Origin: Mobula hypostoma
Lineage: Eukaryota
Length of the DNA: 64,000 bases
Direction: 5' to 3'
NCBI RefSeq assembly: GCF_963921235.1
Contig: NC_086097.1
Coordinates: 238,826,001-238,890,000, forward strand
Positions within the stretch are counted from its first letter, which is position 1. The number at the start of each line of letters is the position of its first letter. Below the pieces are notes generated by a model. The model searched no databases. It was given only the letters and a program-made list of their open reading frames with translations, and was not told the DNA's origin. The position numbers and the translations under genes were made by a program. Shown here in pieces: positions 1-11,313 of the stretch.

Positions 1-135
1 GGTTCACCCATTTTGCAAAGACACTGCCCAAAACGCAATGGCAAGCCACTTCTGTCGAAAAATTTGCCAAGAACAATCATGGTCATGGAAAGACCATGAT
101 CGCCCACGTCATACGACACAGCACGTGACAAACAA
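1..135 (+). mobile_element. 3' part of an RTE/BovB-related SINE-like element (cut by window start)
   Basis: GGCAAGCCACTTCTGTCGAAAAATTTGCCAAGAACAATCATGGTC resembles RTE/BovB-type UTR sequence; a related copy lies on the minus strand at ~42630-42965. Confidence 0.45.
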
Positions 136-561
136 ATGATAGGTAAGAGAGGTGAATTTCCGGCCATAAGGGACTTATTAAAATACAGTCTAGTGGTTTT
201 ATGATCAACAGTGCAGCTTAATTCTTTAATTTCAGATTATTGAACTGATTTTAAATTCCCCAGCAATTATAGTTGGATTTGAACTCATGTCTATGAATTA
301 TTTGATCAATTACATTACCAATAATACTGTTTTATAAAATACCTTCAAAAAATCTAAATTGCTGTCTCCTCCTGGTTCCACTTTAATCATGTTGTTGGTT
401 ACATAGTCCATAACTCCAACAAATTTATCAGAGACAATTTCTGTTTCTTATATATGTATTTACCTGATCACATTGTTGTTTTCTTTTCCCGAAATTTCAA
501 GTCAACAAGTCCTTATAATCAAGTGAAGCACTTTCCCTGATATGCATCCAGTATACACAAT

Positions 562-895
562 TATGAGGGCATGGATAGACTAAATGCAAGCATACTTTTT
601 CTACTGAGGTAGCGGGGAGACTAGAACTTGAGGTTGTAGGGTGAAGGATGACGGGTGAAATATTTAAGGGGAACATGAGGAGAAAGTTCTTCACTCAGAG
701 GGTGGAAAGAGTATGGAATAAGCTGCCAGTGGTAGTGGTGGATGCAGGCTTGACTGCAACATTTAAAAGACGTTTAGACAAGTAGATTGATGGGATGGAT
801 ATGCAGGGTTGTGGTTCAGGTGCAGGTCGATGTTACTAGGCAGAATAACAATTTGGCACAGACTAGATGTTGTGGTGTTCCATGACTATGACTCT
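562..895 (+). mobile_element. Degenerate CR1 LINE 3' fragment
   Basis: Contains TTCTTCACTCAGAGGGTGG...TGGAAT (CR1 'FFTQRVV..WN' region) and ends in a GACTATGACTCTA-like tail. Confidence 0.75.
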
Positions 896-1523
896 ATCCA
901 TTTCAAACCATAATTTCCAGGTTTTTTCCCCCCCCACTCAATTCATGGAAACTTTTGCTGCCTTTAAATCCACATAGATATTACCACAATTGTAGCCATT
1001 AATTAAAAAAAAAACTAAGCGCTGGTTGAAGTTTAGGAATTCAAACTGAATTTTGGATGGGTGAGTGGACTCTCCCCCTGGACATAGCACATGGTCTGTT
1101 CTTGTACTTATCACAATAAGAACAGTTGTTGAGTTTAACAAACTTCCTCATCTGTCATTCTGGACCAAATGCTCGTCACAATACTGAGCTGGGTCAAAGG
1201 GCCTGCTTTCATGCCTCATAACTCTGCACAAAATGTCTCAAGAAGTCAGACTTCTAATTGTGACGAACAAAATAGTTAATATTGATAAATTTATTGATGA
1301 CTTTCATTTGGTATAAAAAAATCCAACAAATCCTTACACAACTCAGTGTGTAGACATAGAAATCTAGGATTCACTTATGCATTCAGTGCAATGCAGTTCG
1401 TGAGCATTTTCTTACACGCCCGTTGGCTAGCCATCGGCACAATCCAGCCACTAAACCTGCTTCATAAAACGTTGCAGTTTAACGGAGACAAATCTGAATA
1501 GGGATACGTGACTAGAAATGAAA

Positions 1524-1980
1524 TGAGTGAAGCCTCCATCGGTCAGGTCGACCATGGATTTTGCTTCCTACCTGTCTAGATACGCAAGCCAGGGCAGTAT
1601 GAAATGGAGAGAAAACTGTTGCCCATGCAGCAAGCTCCCCCTCTCTGTGCATCTCATGAACTCAATGGAATGGCAGAGACCAATGCAGTTTGGTACTAGC
1701 AGCATCAAAGGAGTTGCCAGTCAGCGTTGAACTCAACGTAGGACTGCCTTAGGGGTTCCAGCTCCAGCTTATTTCCCTCAGGGTTTACTCCTGAAACCTT
1801 CCCCATGAGTAGATATAGCCGCAAGGCAGTGGAGGTTTGAAATCAGAGTTTTCCCTTCTCCTAGATGAGCTGCCAACCACGGCTGATGAGCCCCATCAGC
1901 CCAAAGCAACTGAATTTAAGGTGCAGGTAACCCACCTTTGCCCCTTCTCCTGTCAGTAGAAATGGTTCCACCAGGGTTAG
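1524..1980 (-). mobile_element. Non-autonomous RTE-related element, 5'-truncated copy
   Basis: Reverse complement aligns with the copies at 32851-33547 and 57008-57648 (shared CTACTGACAGGAGAAGGGGCAAAGG and GCAGTCCTACGTTGAGTTCAACGCTGACTGGC blocks); the RTE assignment is inferred. Confidence 0.6.
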
Positions 1981-2129
1981 CATGCACAATCCAGTTCTAT
2001 TGACCTCAATAAATTCAAAAGCAATGTATTATCTGCAGATATTGCAATATTTAGCATTTAACAACCAGAGTAATTTCAATCGTAAAATTGTTCTGTTGAT
2101 TTGGTTTTTGTTTTATTAAGCCAAAAAAA

Positions 2130-2685
2130 AAGCTTCTCGTTGACAATCAACAAACATGCACCTCAAGGATACCTGCTTGGCCCGCTGCTCTACTCTCTCT
2201 ATGCTCATGAATGTGTGGCTAGGCACAGATCAAATGCCACTTATAAATTTGTCCATGACACAACTGTTGACGGCAGAATCTCGGATGGTGGCAAGGAGAC
2301 ATTCAGGAGTGAGGTAAATTTGCTGGTTGAGTGGTGTTGCAACAATAACCTTGCATTGAACTTCATTAAGACCAAAGAGTAGATTGAGGTCTTCAGGAAG
2401 GGAGAGTAGGGAGATCAAACACCAGTCCTCATCGAGGGATAGCAGTATAAAAAAGAGTGAGCAGGTTCAAGCTCCTGGGTGTTAAAATCTCTGAAGATCT
2501 ATCCTTGGCTCATAGACCCATGAACACTACTTCATTATTTTGCTCTCCTTTTGAACTATATATTTATTTTATTAAAATATTTATTATGGCAACTTATGGT
2601 AATCTCTTTATGTATTGTACTTACTGCAAATACAACAAATTTCATGAGATATATCAGTGATAGTAAACCTGGTCCTGAATCTGAA
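2130..2685 (+). mobile_element. Degenerate Rex1/Babar-type LINE RT fragment and tail
   Basis: ORF 2101-2382: PQGYLLGPLLYSLY...YKFVHDTTV...EWCCNNNLALN..KTKE, a decayed non-LTR RT domain 4-6 region. Confidence 0.75.
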
Positions 2686-3164
2686 CAACAGTATGCAGTT
2701 CCAATATTATTTTTGTTCTGCACACTGAAAAATTACTACAGATTCTATACATGACCCTCAAGTAATGTCGGTGCAAATGCTGACTCTAATGTTAAATTTT
2801 GGACAAATTACAATCATGCCCCATGGCAGGAAAGGATTGCGGCTGGGATTTTCCACTTTAATGCTCTTGGCACATGTTGGAAGCACCTATCAGGGTATTC
2901 CGCAGATCCAGCCTGTTGTTTCATAGCTGTTGATTTTCACAGTTGGAAAATCACAGACCAGGACTGCAGGCTGTCCCAATGTGTGATCCAGACATGTGCC
3001 AGGAGCATGAAAGCTGACAGACCCAGCCTGTATCTGTCTAGCAACTTGGATCGAGTGAGCGAGCGAGTGAGAGAAATGCAATGAAGTAGTTCTACGCTGT
3101 TAACCTCTATCAGATTACATCTGTTCGAGATTTAATCCAAGCTAACTGTGAAATTTCGTTCACA

Positions 3165-3580
3165 GCCGAGATGTTTCCTATAGCAAGGGAGTCCAACACC
3201 AGTGTGCACCACCTCAGAATACACCCAGTTCAGAAGGGGGCAGGGCATGAGAAGAACCTCCTGGAGGGCTTGCTCCTGGGCCTGGCCAAGATGCCCATTC
3301 ACGGGTCTAGGGGGTGGAAAGTGGAGGGTGCTGCCTGGCTGACTGCCTGCCCCTCTTCTGAGGACACATTCGTGCCCGGCTGTCCTTGGAGAGGGAGCAC
3401 TCGGTCTCAATGGGTACAGTGGGGGACTTGCAGGAGTGGTGGGTCCCCGGGGCATTGACTGTTTTATAGACTGTAGTAACCATACTTTAATCTGAATATT
3501 CCTACTGTCTTGTAAATCTTGAATGTCTGTACCTTGTGTATTTGTAATGTAAATAAACTTCTATAGTTTTGTAAAAAAAA
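3165..3580 (+). mobile_element. Tx1-clade (L1 superfamily) LINE 3' end
   Basis: ORF 3171-3458 contains LLLGLAKMPIHGSR..KVEG, like the Tx1 ORF2 C-terminus; followed by AATAAA and an A-run at ~3573-3580. Confidence 0.6.
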
Positions 3581-3597
3581 GTACAAATATATCACTT

Positions 3598-3836
3598 TAG
3601 ACAATAGACAATAGGTGCAGAAGTAGACCATTCGGCCCCTCGAGCCTGCACCGCCATTCTGAGATCATGGCTGATCATCTACTATCAATACCTGGTTCCT
3701 GCCTAGTCCCCATAACCCTTGATTCCCCTATCCATAAGATACCTATCTAGCTCCTTCTTGAAAGTATCCAGAGAATTGGCCTCCACTGCCTTCTGAGGTA
3801 GCGCGTTCCACACCTCCACAACTCTCTGAGAGAAGA
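3598..3836 (-). mobile_element. CR1 LINE 3' end
   Basis: (TAGACAA)n tail followed by CCATTCGGCCC; same tail type as at 60078. Confidence 0.8.
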
Positions 3837-3837
3837 A

Positions 3838-4216
3838 TTCAGATGACGGGGAATTTCTTTAGTCAGAGGGTGGTGAATCTATAGAATTCATTACCACAGA
3901 AGGCTGTGGAGACCAAGTCATTGGGTATATTTAAAACGGAGGTTGATAAGTTTCTTGATTAGTCAAGACGTCAAAGGTTATGGAGAGAAGGAAGGATAAT
4001 AGGATTGAGAGGGATAATAAATCAGCCATGATGGAATGGTGGAGCAGACCTTATGGGCCGAATTTTGCTCTTCTGTCTTAGATAACAAGAGGCCATTCGG
4101 TATCAGATCCGTTGTGGAAAACATCATAAATTGAGGAAAAACTTTTTCCACCCAGAGAGTTGTGGATCTGTGGAACGCTCTGCCTCAGAAGGCAGTGGAG
4201 GCTAATTCTCTGGATG
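3838..4216 (+). mobile_element. Two CR1 3' fragments (~3838-4080 and ~4130-4216)
   Basis: TTCTTTAGTCAGAGGGTGGTGAATCT and CAGAGAGTTGTGGATCTGTGGAACGCTCTGCCTCAGAAGGCAGTGGAG (peptide LWNALPQKAVEA). Confidence 0.75.
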
Positions 4217-5846
4217 AAAAAGCTTTCAAGGAAGTGAAAGACCTCCTCCACTCAGCGAAGCTGCTTGTACACTATGACTCAGTCAAGGAGATCACCCTTA
4301 GATGCCATGCCTCACCCTATGGAGTCGGGGCAGTTCTCTCACATGTAATGGAGGACCGTTCAGAGAAGCCTATTGGTTTTGCTTCATGTACCCTGACAGC
4401 TGCTGAGAAGAGATATTCACAGCTAGACAAAGAAGGTCTGGCCATTGTCTTTGTGGTCAAACGTTTTCATCAGTCCCTTTATAGACACGTATTTACAACT
4501 TATACGGATCGTAAACCACTGATGAGACTGTTCAGTGAGATTAGATGCATTCCACCGCTAGCCTCAACCAGGATACAGCGTTGGGCTCTTACATTATCAA
4601 CCTACCGGTACACTGTAGTGTACAGAGCGGGTGAGAATAATGCAAACGCTGATGCACTGAGTCGACTACCTTTACCTGAGTCACCTGTTAAGACACATGT
4701 GCCTCCAGAGACCGTGTTTTCATTGGAGAGGCTGTCGGAGACACCTGTAAAGGTGACCCAGATCAAGTAGTGGACAGAGAGGGACCCAGTCCTGTCCCAA
4801 GTCAAGACTTTTCTTTTACAAGTTTGGCCCAGAGTCATGGAAGGAGAGGAACTGAGGCCTTATGCCAAAAGCAAGACAGAACAGTCTGCAGGATGGCTGC
4901 ATTTTCTGGGGGGGTTCCTCCCTCTGGCCATTCACAGATTGTGGAGGAAATTCAGGAGACTCATCCAAGGGTGTCTCAAATGAAGAGCCTTGCAAGATCC
5001 TACGTTTGGTGGCCAAGAATGGATCAGGATCTGAAGAACAGGATAAAATCATGCACACAATGTCAGACTAATCAGAATATGCCACCACCAGCTCCTTTTC
5101 ACCCATGGGAATGGCCAGACCACCCCTGGTCTAGGCTATATTTGGACTTTGCTGGCCCTTTTATGAGGCAGGTGTTTCTTGTAATGGGAGATGTGCATTC
5201 TAAATGGATTGAAGCTCACATCATGAGCAACATCACAGTCCCCTCAACCATAGACAAACACAGGCAAGTGTTTGCAGTATACGGGTTGCCTGACACTCTG
5301 GTCACTGATAACGGCCTGACGTTCACCAGTGAGCTGTTCAGTGAGTTCATGCAGCAGAATGGCATTCATCACATTCGGACGGCCCCTTTCCACCCAGCCT
5401 CCAATGGTTTGGCTGAGCGGGCTGTTCAGACAGTGATGGAAAGCCTGAAGCGGATGACAGGGGACTCTCTTAGCATTCGGCTTTCACATTTCCTGTTTAA
5501 ATACCGCCTCACGCCACAGACTACGACTGCCCGCACTCCAGCAGTGACGCTGATGGGGCGTAGGCCCAAATCAAGATTGGAGCTGCTGTGCCCGGACATG
5601 AAGGCAAAAGTGAGACAGACTACTGCGGAAGCATGTCCACCAGTGACTTTGCCAGAGGGTGAGATGCCGGCAGAGGGGTCGGGGTTCCCTGAAGAGGATG
5701 GACATTTTCACGCAGACACACAGACCCCTCTCATGCCCCCAACACCAGATCCACCCAAAACACCCTCACCAGCGGTGCCTGCTGGGTCACCGGGGATAGT
5801 GCGCAGATCACAGCACACTCGTAAACCTGACAGACTGAATCTTTGA
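4217..5846 (+). pseudogene. pol: Gypsy pol remnant: RNase H plus DDE integrase, disrupted
   Basis: In-frame TAG at 4768-4770 and frameshifts ~4880-4920. Integrase zinc finger partly decayed (IQETHP...CTQC). Catalytic triad present (LDFAGP, TDNG, SNGLAER). C-terminal region appears deleted near 5618. Confidence 0.88.
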
Positions 5847-6036
5847 CGGAACAGTTTTTTTTTTGTTGTTAGATTGAAAGTTGAACCTGTCATGCTTTCC
5901 AGATGTTTTGTATTGGTAAACTGTTGCTGAGATACTAGTATATGTTTTCAGGGGTACGCACGTTAATAACACCACTGCTTTTATTTCCTAGTTTTTTTAC
6001 ATTTGGGGAATGTTGGATCTTAAAGGGGGAGAAGGT

Positions 6037-6257
6037 TGTAATGTGAGCATTATTAAAAGTAAGTTAATACTAATTAGGATAATGAGGGGTTTACTTCCAT
6101 TCTTTTTACTTCCGGTGTGCTTTGTATATAGTGTTCCTGCCATGCCGTACAGGTTGTGAAAGCCCCTGTATGTACATAACGGTTTTGATGTTTGAGATAA
6201 AGTTGTTTCTTGCATGAAGTTGTCGAGTGTGTCTTTTTCAAAGTAGATGTTACCACA
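6037..6257 (+). repeat. 3' LTR of the Gypsy element (~221 bp)
   Basis: Starts TGTAATG just after polypurine tract AAAGGGGGAGAAGG and ends ...TTACCACA; CR1 sequence resumes immediately after. Confidence 0.8.
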
Positions 6258-6825
6258 GATAGGAATGAGGGGGTTAGCTATGAGGAAAGATTGAGTCACC
6301 TGGGACTAATACCTGATTGAATTCAGAGTGGATCTCATAGAATCATACACATTTTGCAAGGGATCAATAAAATAGGGGTAGAAAATTTGTTTCCACTAGT
6401 AGGTGAGACGAGAACGAGGGGTCATACTGTAGGTTCAGGATTCAAAGAACAGATTTAGTTGGAGATGAGGGGAAACTGCTTTTCCCCAGAGAGTAATGAA
6501 TCTGGGGAATTCTCTGTCCATGGATGTAGACCTGCACCCTCTGGTTGTAGACTCACGCACGAAAGGAAACAGCTAGTCGGTGAACCGTATTTCACTGTTA
6601 TTGAGGATTAAATCACCAACAGATGTGATTAGAAAGAGGTTAATATAGAAATACATTATTAAGCCACAGTTAGATAGATTTTTGCATAACAGGGGAATTA
6701 AATGTTATGGGGAAAAAGACAGGTAGGTTGAGCTGAGTCCGTGACCAGATTACTCCTGATGGTATCAAAAAGCAGAGCAGGCTTGATAGACGAGATAACC
6801 AACTCCTGTTCCTACTTCCTATGAA
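6258..6825 (+). mobile_element. Degenerate CR1 LINE 3' fragment
   Basis: Decayed CR1 ORF2 C-terminal coding (TATGAGGAAAGATTGAGTCACCTGGGA, YEERLSHLG) and CAGAGAGTAATGAATCTGGGGAAT. Confidence 0.7.
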
Positions 6826-6839
6826 TCCTGTGTAACTCA

Positions 6840-7890
6840 CCTCCTAAATCCCGAGAGTCAGTCCTTCATCAACAAGGCTCATGTCAGAAGTGTGATGGAA
6901 CACTCTCCACTTTCCTGGTTGAGTGCAGCTTCAACAACACACAAGAAGCTCGACACTACATAGAATGCAGCAGCCTCCTTAATAAGGACCCCATACAGCA
7001 GCGTTCACTCACTCCACCGCCGATGCATCGTAGCAAGAGTTTGTATTGTCTATAGGATCCAATGCACCAACTTATTCTTAGACAAGGCCTTCCACAACCC
7101 AGAACCTCTCCTGACTAGAAGGAAAACAGCAGCACAAGCATGAGAACACCTAGTAAGGAAACACCAATGCCCTTGAACAGAAAATGCTCCAAAAAGTATT
7201 GGATATGGGCCAGTCCATTACGGGTAAAGCCCTCTCCAACATTGAGCACATCTACATGGAGTGTTGTTGCAGGAAATCAACATCCATTATCAGGCACCCC
7301 CACCATCCAGGGAACACTCTATTCTCACTGCTGCCGTCAGGAGCAGAGCACAAGAGTTTCAGGACACACACCGCCAGGTTTAGGAACAGTTTTTACTCCT
7401 CAACCATCAGGCTCTTTGAACTAAAGGAGATAACTTCACTCAGTTTTACTCGCGCCATCACCAAATTGTTCCCACAACTGACAGACTCACTTTCAAGGAC
7501 TCATTAATATTTATTGCTTACATATTAATAATTAATACTATTAATATTTATTTTTTTCTTTCTTTTTGTATTTGCGCAGTTTGTTGTCTGTTCCACACTG
7601 ATTGTTCATCCTGTTGGTGTGGTCTTTCATTGATTCTATTTTGGTTACTGGACTTATTGAGTATGCCCACAAGAAAAGATGATTCAGGGTTGTATATGGT
7701 GAAATATATGTACTTTGGTAATAAATTCCCTTTGAATTTCGAATTACCTGAAAGTTGCCCTCTAAGCCACACACTGTCTTGACTTGAAAATATCCATCCT
7801 ATCCTTCACCATCTTTGGTTCAAAATCCTGGAGACCTCTCCTTAACGACAGTGCAGGTATGCCTCCAACTCAAGGATTGGAGCAATTCCA
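6840..7890 (+). mobile_element. Old CR1-group LINE remnant interrupted by Rex-type pieces (~7155-7745)
   Basis: Decayed 'KAHVRSVMEHSPLSWLSAASTTHKKLDT' peptide; inserted ORF 7184-7507 HPGNTLFSLLPSG...TARFRNSFY is the Rex-type ORF2 end. Confidence 0.55.
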
Positions 7891-8605
7891 GCAGTATCCT
7901 TTTTTACAGGTTAGCTTTATTTGTCACATTTTACAGTGTATGCACGAGGAAGTCACACAAACAATGCACACAAAATATTAGAGGAACTCAGCAGGGCAGG
8001 CAGCATCTATGGAAATGAATGAGCAGTCAACGTTACAGGCAGAGATCCTTCTCAAAGCATGCAGTGCTTGCATCAAACCAAAACAGTGAGGACTTGATAA
8101 ATGTCAATAAGGGCAAGTAAATGCTCACTCAGCCTGCATGCCAAAGAATAGAATAATTTCTCCCAGTTTATGGAAAAGACAGGCATTGGTTGCAGGAGAT
8201 CAACGGTGCTTGCTAAGGAAGAGATTATTTTCATATGGATCCTTATGATATCCATCACACAAATAAAGAGCTGTGAGAGCTCATATGATGCGTGAAATCT
8301 CCTCAAATCTGACAGTGCAAATGAATCGTGAATAAAACAAGAGCCCAGTGAATGATCTTCTGACTCTAGAAACTGATTGACTTGATACAAAGTCTCTTCA
8401 TTTATTGGTGAGTGATCCCACGGAAAATGCATTTTCCTCCGCTCAGCTCCATTCTGCAGGTTGAAACATTGGTCAAAATTTTAGATCTTCAGACTGTTCC
8501 TGGTACAAACAGTACCTCACCAACACTGCGGCATTAGCAACTGAGAGAATTGCGCAAAACTACCGATCAAAGGACTCACTTTGAAGGACGCTTCATCTCA
8601 TGTTC

Positions 8606-9562
8606 ATAGTCATACTTTATTGATCCCAGGGGAAATTGGTTTTCGTTACAGTTGCACCATAAATAATAACTAGTAATAGAACCATAAATAGTTAAATAGT
8701 AATATGTAAATTATGCCAGTAAATTATGAAATAAGTCCAGGGCCAGCCTATTGGCTCAGGGTGTCTGACCCTCCAAGGGAGGAGTTGTAAAGTTTGATGG
8801 CCACAGGCAAGAATGACTTCCTATGACGTTCTGTGTTGCATCTCGGTGGAATGAGTCTCTGGCTGAATGTACTCCTGTGCCCACCCAGTACATTATGTAG
8901 TGGATGGGAGACATTGACCAAGATGGCATGCAACTTAGACAGCATCCTCTTTCCAGACAACACCGTGAGAGAGCCCAGTTCCATCCCCACAACATCACTG
9001 GCCTTACGAATGAGTTTATTGATTCTGTTGGTGTCTGCTACCCTCAGCCTGCTGCCCCAGCACACAACAGCAAACATGATAGCACTGGCCACCACAGACC
9101 CATAGAACATCCTCAGCATCGTCCGACAGATGTTAAAGGACCTCAGTCTCCTCAGGAAATAGAGACGGCTTTGACCCTTCTTGTAGACAGCCTCAGTGTT
9201 CTTTGCCCAGTCCAGTTTATTGTCAATTCGTATCCCCAGGTATTTGTAATCCTCCACCATGTCCACATTGACCCCCTGGATGGAAACAGGGGTCACCGGT
9301 ATCTTAGCTCTCCTCAGGTCTACCACCAGCTCCTTAGTTTTTTTCACATTAAGCTGCAGATAATTCTGCTCACACCATGTGATAAAGTTCCTTACCGTAG
9401 CCCTGTACTCAGCCTCATCTCCCTTGCTGATGCATCCAACTATGGCAGAGACATCCGAAAACTTCTGAAGATGACAAGACTCTGTGCAGTAGTTGAAGTC
9501 CGAGGTGTAAATGGTGAAGAGAAAGGGAGACAAGACAGTCCCCTGTGGAGCCCCAGTGCTGC
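8606..9562 (-). mobile_element. Young Rex1/Babar LINE, 5'-truncated
   Basis: RT C-terminal ORF, AATAAAG plus (TATGAC)n tail, flanked by TGTTC repeats (8601-8605 and 9563-9567), inserted in an older Rex-type tail. Confidence 0.88.
8748..9533 (-). pseudogene. Rex1/Babar reverse transcriptase C-terminal part (261 aa open frame)
   Basis: SPFLFTIYTSDF...QKFSDVSAIVG (second catalytic Asp replaced by Val)...LNVKKTKELVVD...YKYLG. Confidence 0.85.
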
Positions 9563-10105
9563 TGTTCTTATATTTATTGCTTATCTATTTATATTTGCAC
9601 TTGCACAGTTTGTTGTTTTCTGTGCTCTAGCTGAATGCCCCAGCGACAGTCTTTCATTGATTCTATTATAGTTACTATTCTATAGATCTGTTAAGTTTGC
9701 CTACAGGAAAATGAAACTCAGGCTTGTATATGGTGACATATATGTACTTTGATAATAAAATTTGCTTCAAACTTTGAAGTAGGTGCTTTGAGCTTCACTC
9801 AGCTCACAAAAACCTCAAGCACACATGGCATTCCTTGTCATAAAATGTCTTCCAAGCAGTCTTCTGCATTTTACCTCGAATAATATGGACTTCTAGGGAA
9901 GAGGGCAACAAAAAGGAGATATTTATTCTCACCATGCAATCTTCTTCCTATTTCTCTGCTTCCCCTTGCAGTTCACTCTCTGATGTGGCAACAGTAGGTA
10001 TTGTAAGAACAGAGCAATTTAGTGAGAACGAATCTTGAGATAGTAACCAATTTCACATGGGAGTTTATGCAGAGTCATTGCCTAAATGAAGTAGCATCAG
10101 CCCAA

Positions 10106-10300
10106 GCAACACACATAAAAGTTGCTGGTGAACGCAGCAGGCTAGGCAGCATCTCTAGGAAGAGGTGCAGTCGACGTTAAGGGTTTCGGCCTGAAACGTC
10201 AACTGCACCTCTTCCTAGAGATGCTGCCTGGCCTGCTGCGTTCACCAGCAACTTTTATGTGTGTTGCTTGAATTTCCAGCATCTGCAGAATTCCTGTTGT
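10106..10300. mobile_element. Fold-back insertion of the Penelope-like terminal repeat (pLTR)
   Basis: ~75-bp inverted arms nearly identical to 15662-15771; 14-bp TSD TAGCATCAGCCCAA at 10092-10105 and 10301-10314. Confidence 0.88.
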
Positions 10301-10317
10301 TAGCATCAGCCCAATCA

Positions 10318-11104
10318 CACTGGACAACAAAGATTTTGCTTCCTGAACACTTTTTTGGTGTATCTTATGGATTCTGGGCAGCTGAACCTGAAAATCACTG
10401 CAAAATTTCCCTTTCAAGCACTATTTTTTTTGAAATCGCCTATATTTGTTATTTCAATTCATAAATCCAGTCAAAATAAATGATGCCAAGATTAAGGAAG
10501 GCATTTTTGTTGGTCCACAAATCAAATGACAGGCAATTCTAAGAACTTCTGATGGGATCAGAGAAAATTGCAAGGAAGGCATTTAAGGATGCTGTTGAAA
10601 AAAAATAGCAACTACAGAGCACCAACATATAAATAGCAACTACAGTGCAGCTGGTGGACAACATGAAATGCAACCTGTCACTAAAGACTCATTCTCTGTA
10701 TTCCCATTTAGATTTCTTCCCTGCAAAGCTTTTCATTGTCAGTGACTAGCATGGTGAAAGGTTTCACCGGGACATTGTGGTCATGGAGAAATGCTATCCG
10801 GGCAGCTGGAAACCATCACTACACTGGCTGATTATTATTGTACACTTAAGCAAGAAGCCTCAAACATTGAGTACAAACAAAAATCATCAACGAAACATTT
10901 TTAGCTTAGTTGAACTACCACAAATAATTGCACCATTATGCAATTATACACATTATATTCAATTAAAATTAATTTTTGTTTTGCCACATTCCTACGTGAT
11001 CAAGTTGTCTGAAATTATATTTGTGATTACCTTCAAGCGGTCTCCCATAAACAACACAACATTCTGAGGAAGCAGCACTTCCAAAAAAAAGTTGTTGTCC
11101 AATG
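10318..11104 (+). mobile_element. Chapaev3-like (CMC superfamily) DNA transposon, internally deleted
   Basis: Termini CACTGGACAACAA and TTGTTGTCCAATG, flanked by TCA and TTA. Decayed transposase: KIKEGIFVGPQI, MKCNLSLKTHSLYSHLDFFP, VSD*HGERFHRDIVVMEKCY. Confidence 0.75.
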
Positions 11105-11133
11105 TTATTTCATAAGTGCGCACAGCACTTCAT

Positions 11134-11313
11134 TAACATAAGAGATTTTGTAAAGGTTTGAAATGCAGAGCAACACGCACAAAATGCTCGAGGAACTCAG
11201 TGGGTTAGGCATCATCGATGGAGTGGGACAAATGGTCGATATTTCAGCCCAAGTCCCTTCGTCAGGACTCTCTTCCATAAGTGCCACTGAGTTCTTCGAG
11301 CATTTTGTGTGTA
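11134..11313 (-). mobile_element. Old PLE pLTR copy with a short inverted arm and a degenerate hammerhead
   Basis: Minus strand 11235-11269 reads AGTC-CTGACGA-AGGGACTTGGGCT-GAAA-TATC-GAC; CACAAAATGCTCGAGGAACTCAG is inverted again at ~11288-11311. Confidence 0.7.

Larger units (their letters stand above)
4217..6257 (+). mobile_element. Gypsy/Ty3 LTR retrotransposon, 3' half (RNase H, integrase, PPT, 3' LTR)
   Basis: RNase H (ASPYGVGAVLSH, YSQLDKEGLAIVF, NANADALSRLP) followed by integrase, which is Gypsy domain order; PPT 6022-6035; LTR 6037-6257. Confidence 0.93.

Noticed and set aside
8073..8432. 119-aa ATG-initiated ORF in unique sequence
   Set aside because: No recognisable domain, and the length is compatible with chance; kept only as an unassigned island.
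8904..9671. 255-aa plus-strand ORF (and similar ORFs at 35008, 34937, 8833, 14451, 14873, 60200)
   Set aside because: These are antisense or alternative-frame shadows of retroelement RT coding sequence, with no independent protein signature.
9938..10006. Strong polypyrimidine tract plus CAG (splice-acceptor-like) followed by weak GT donors
   Set aside because: No recognisable peptide or partner exons; such motifs occur by chance and would need RNA-seq support.
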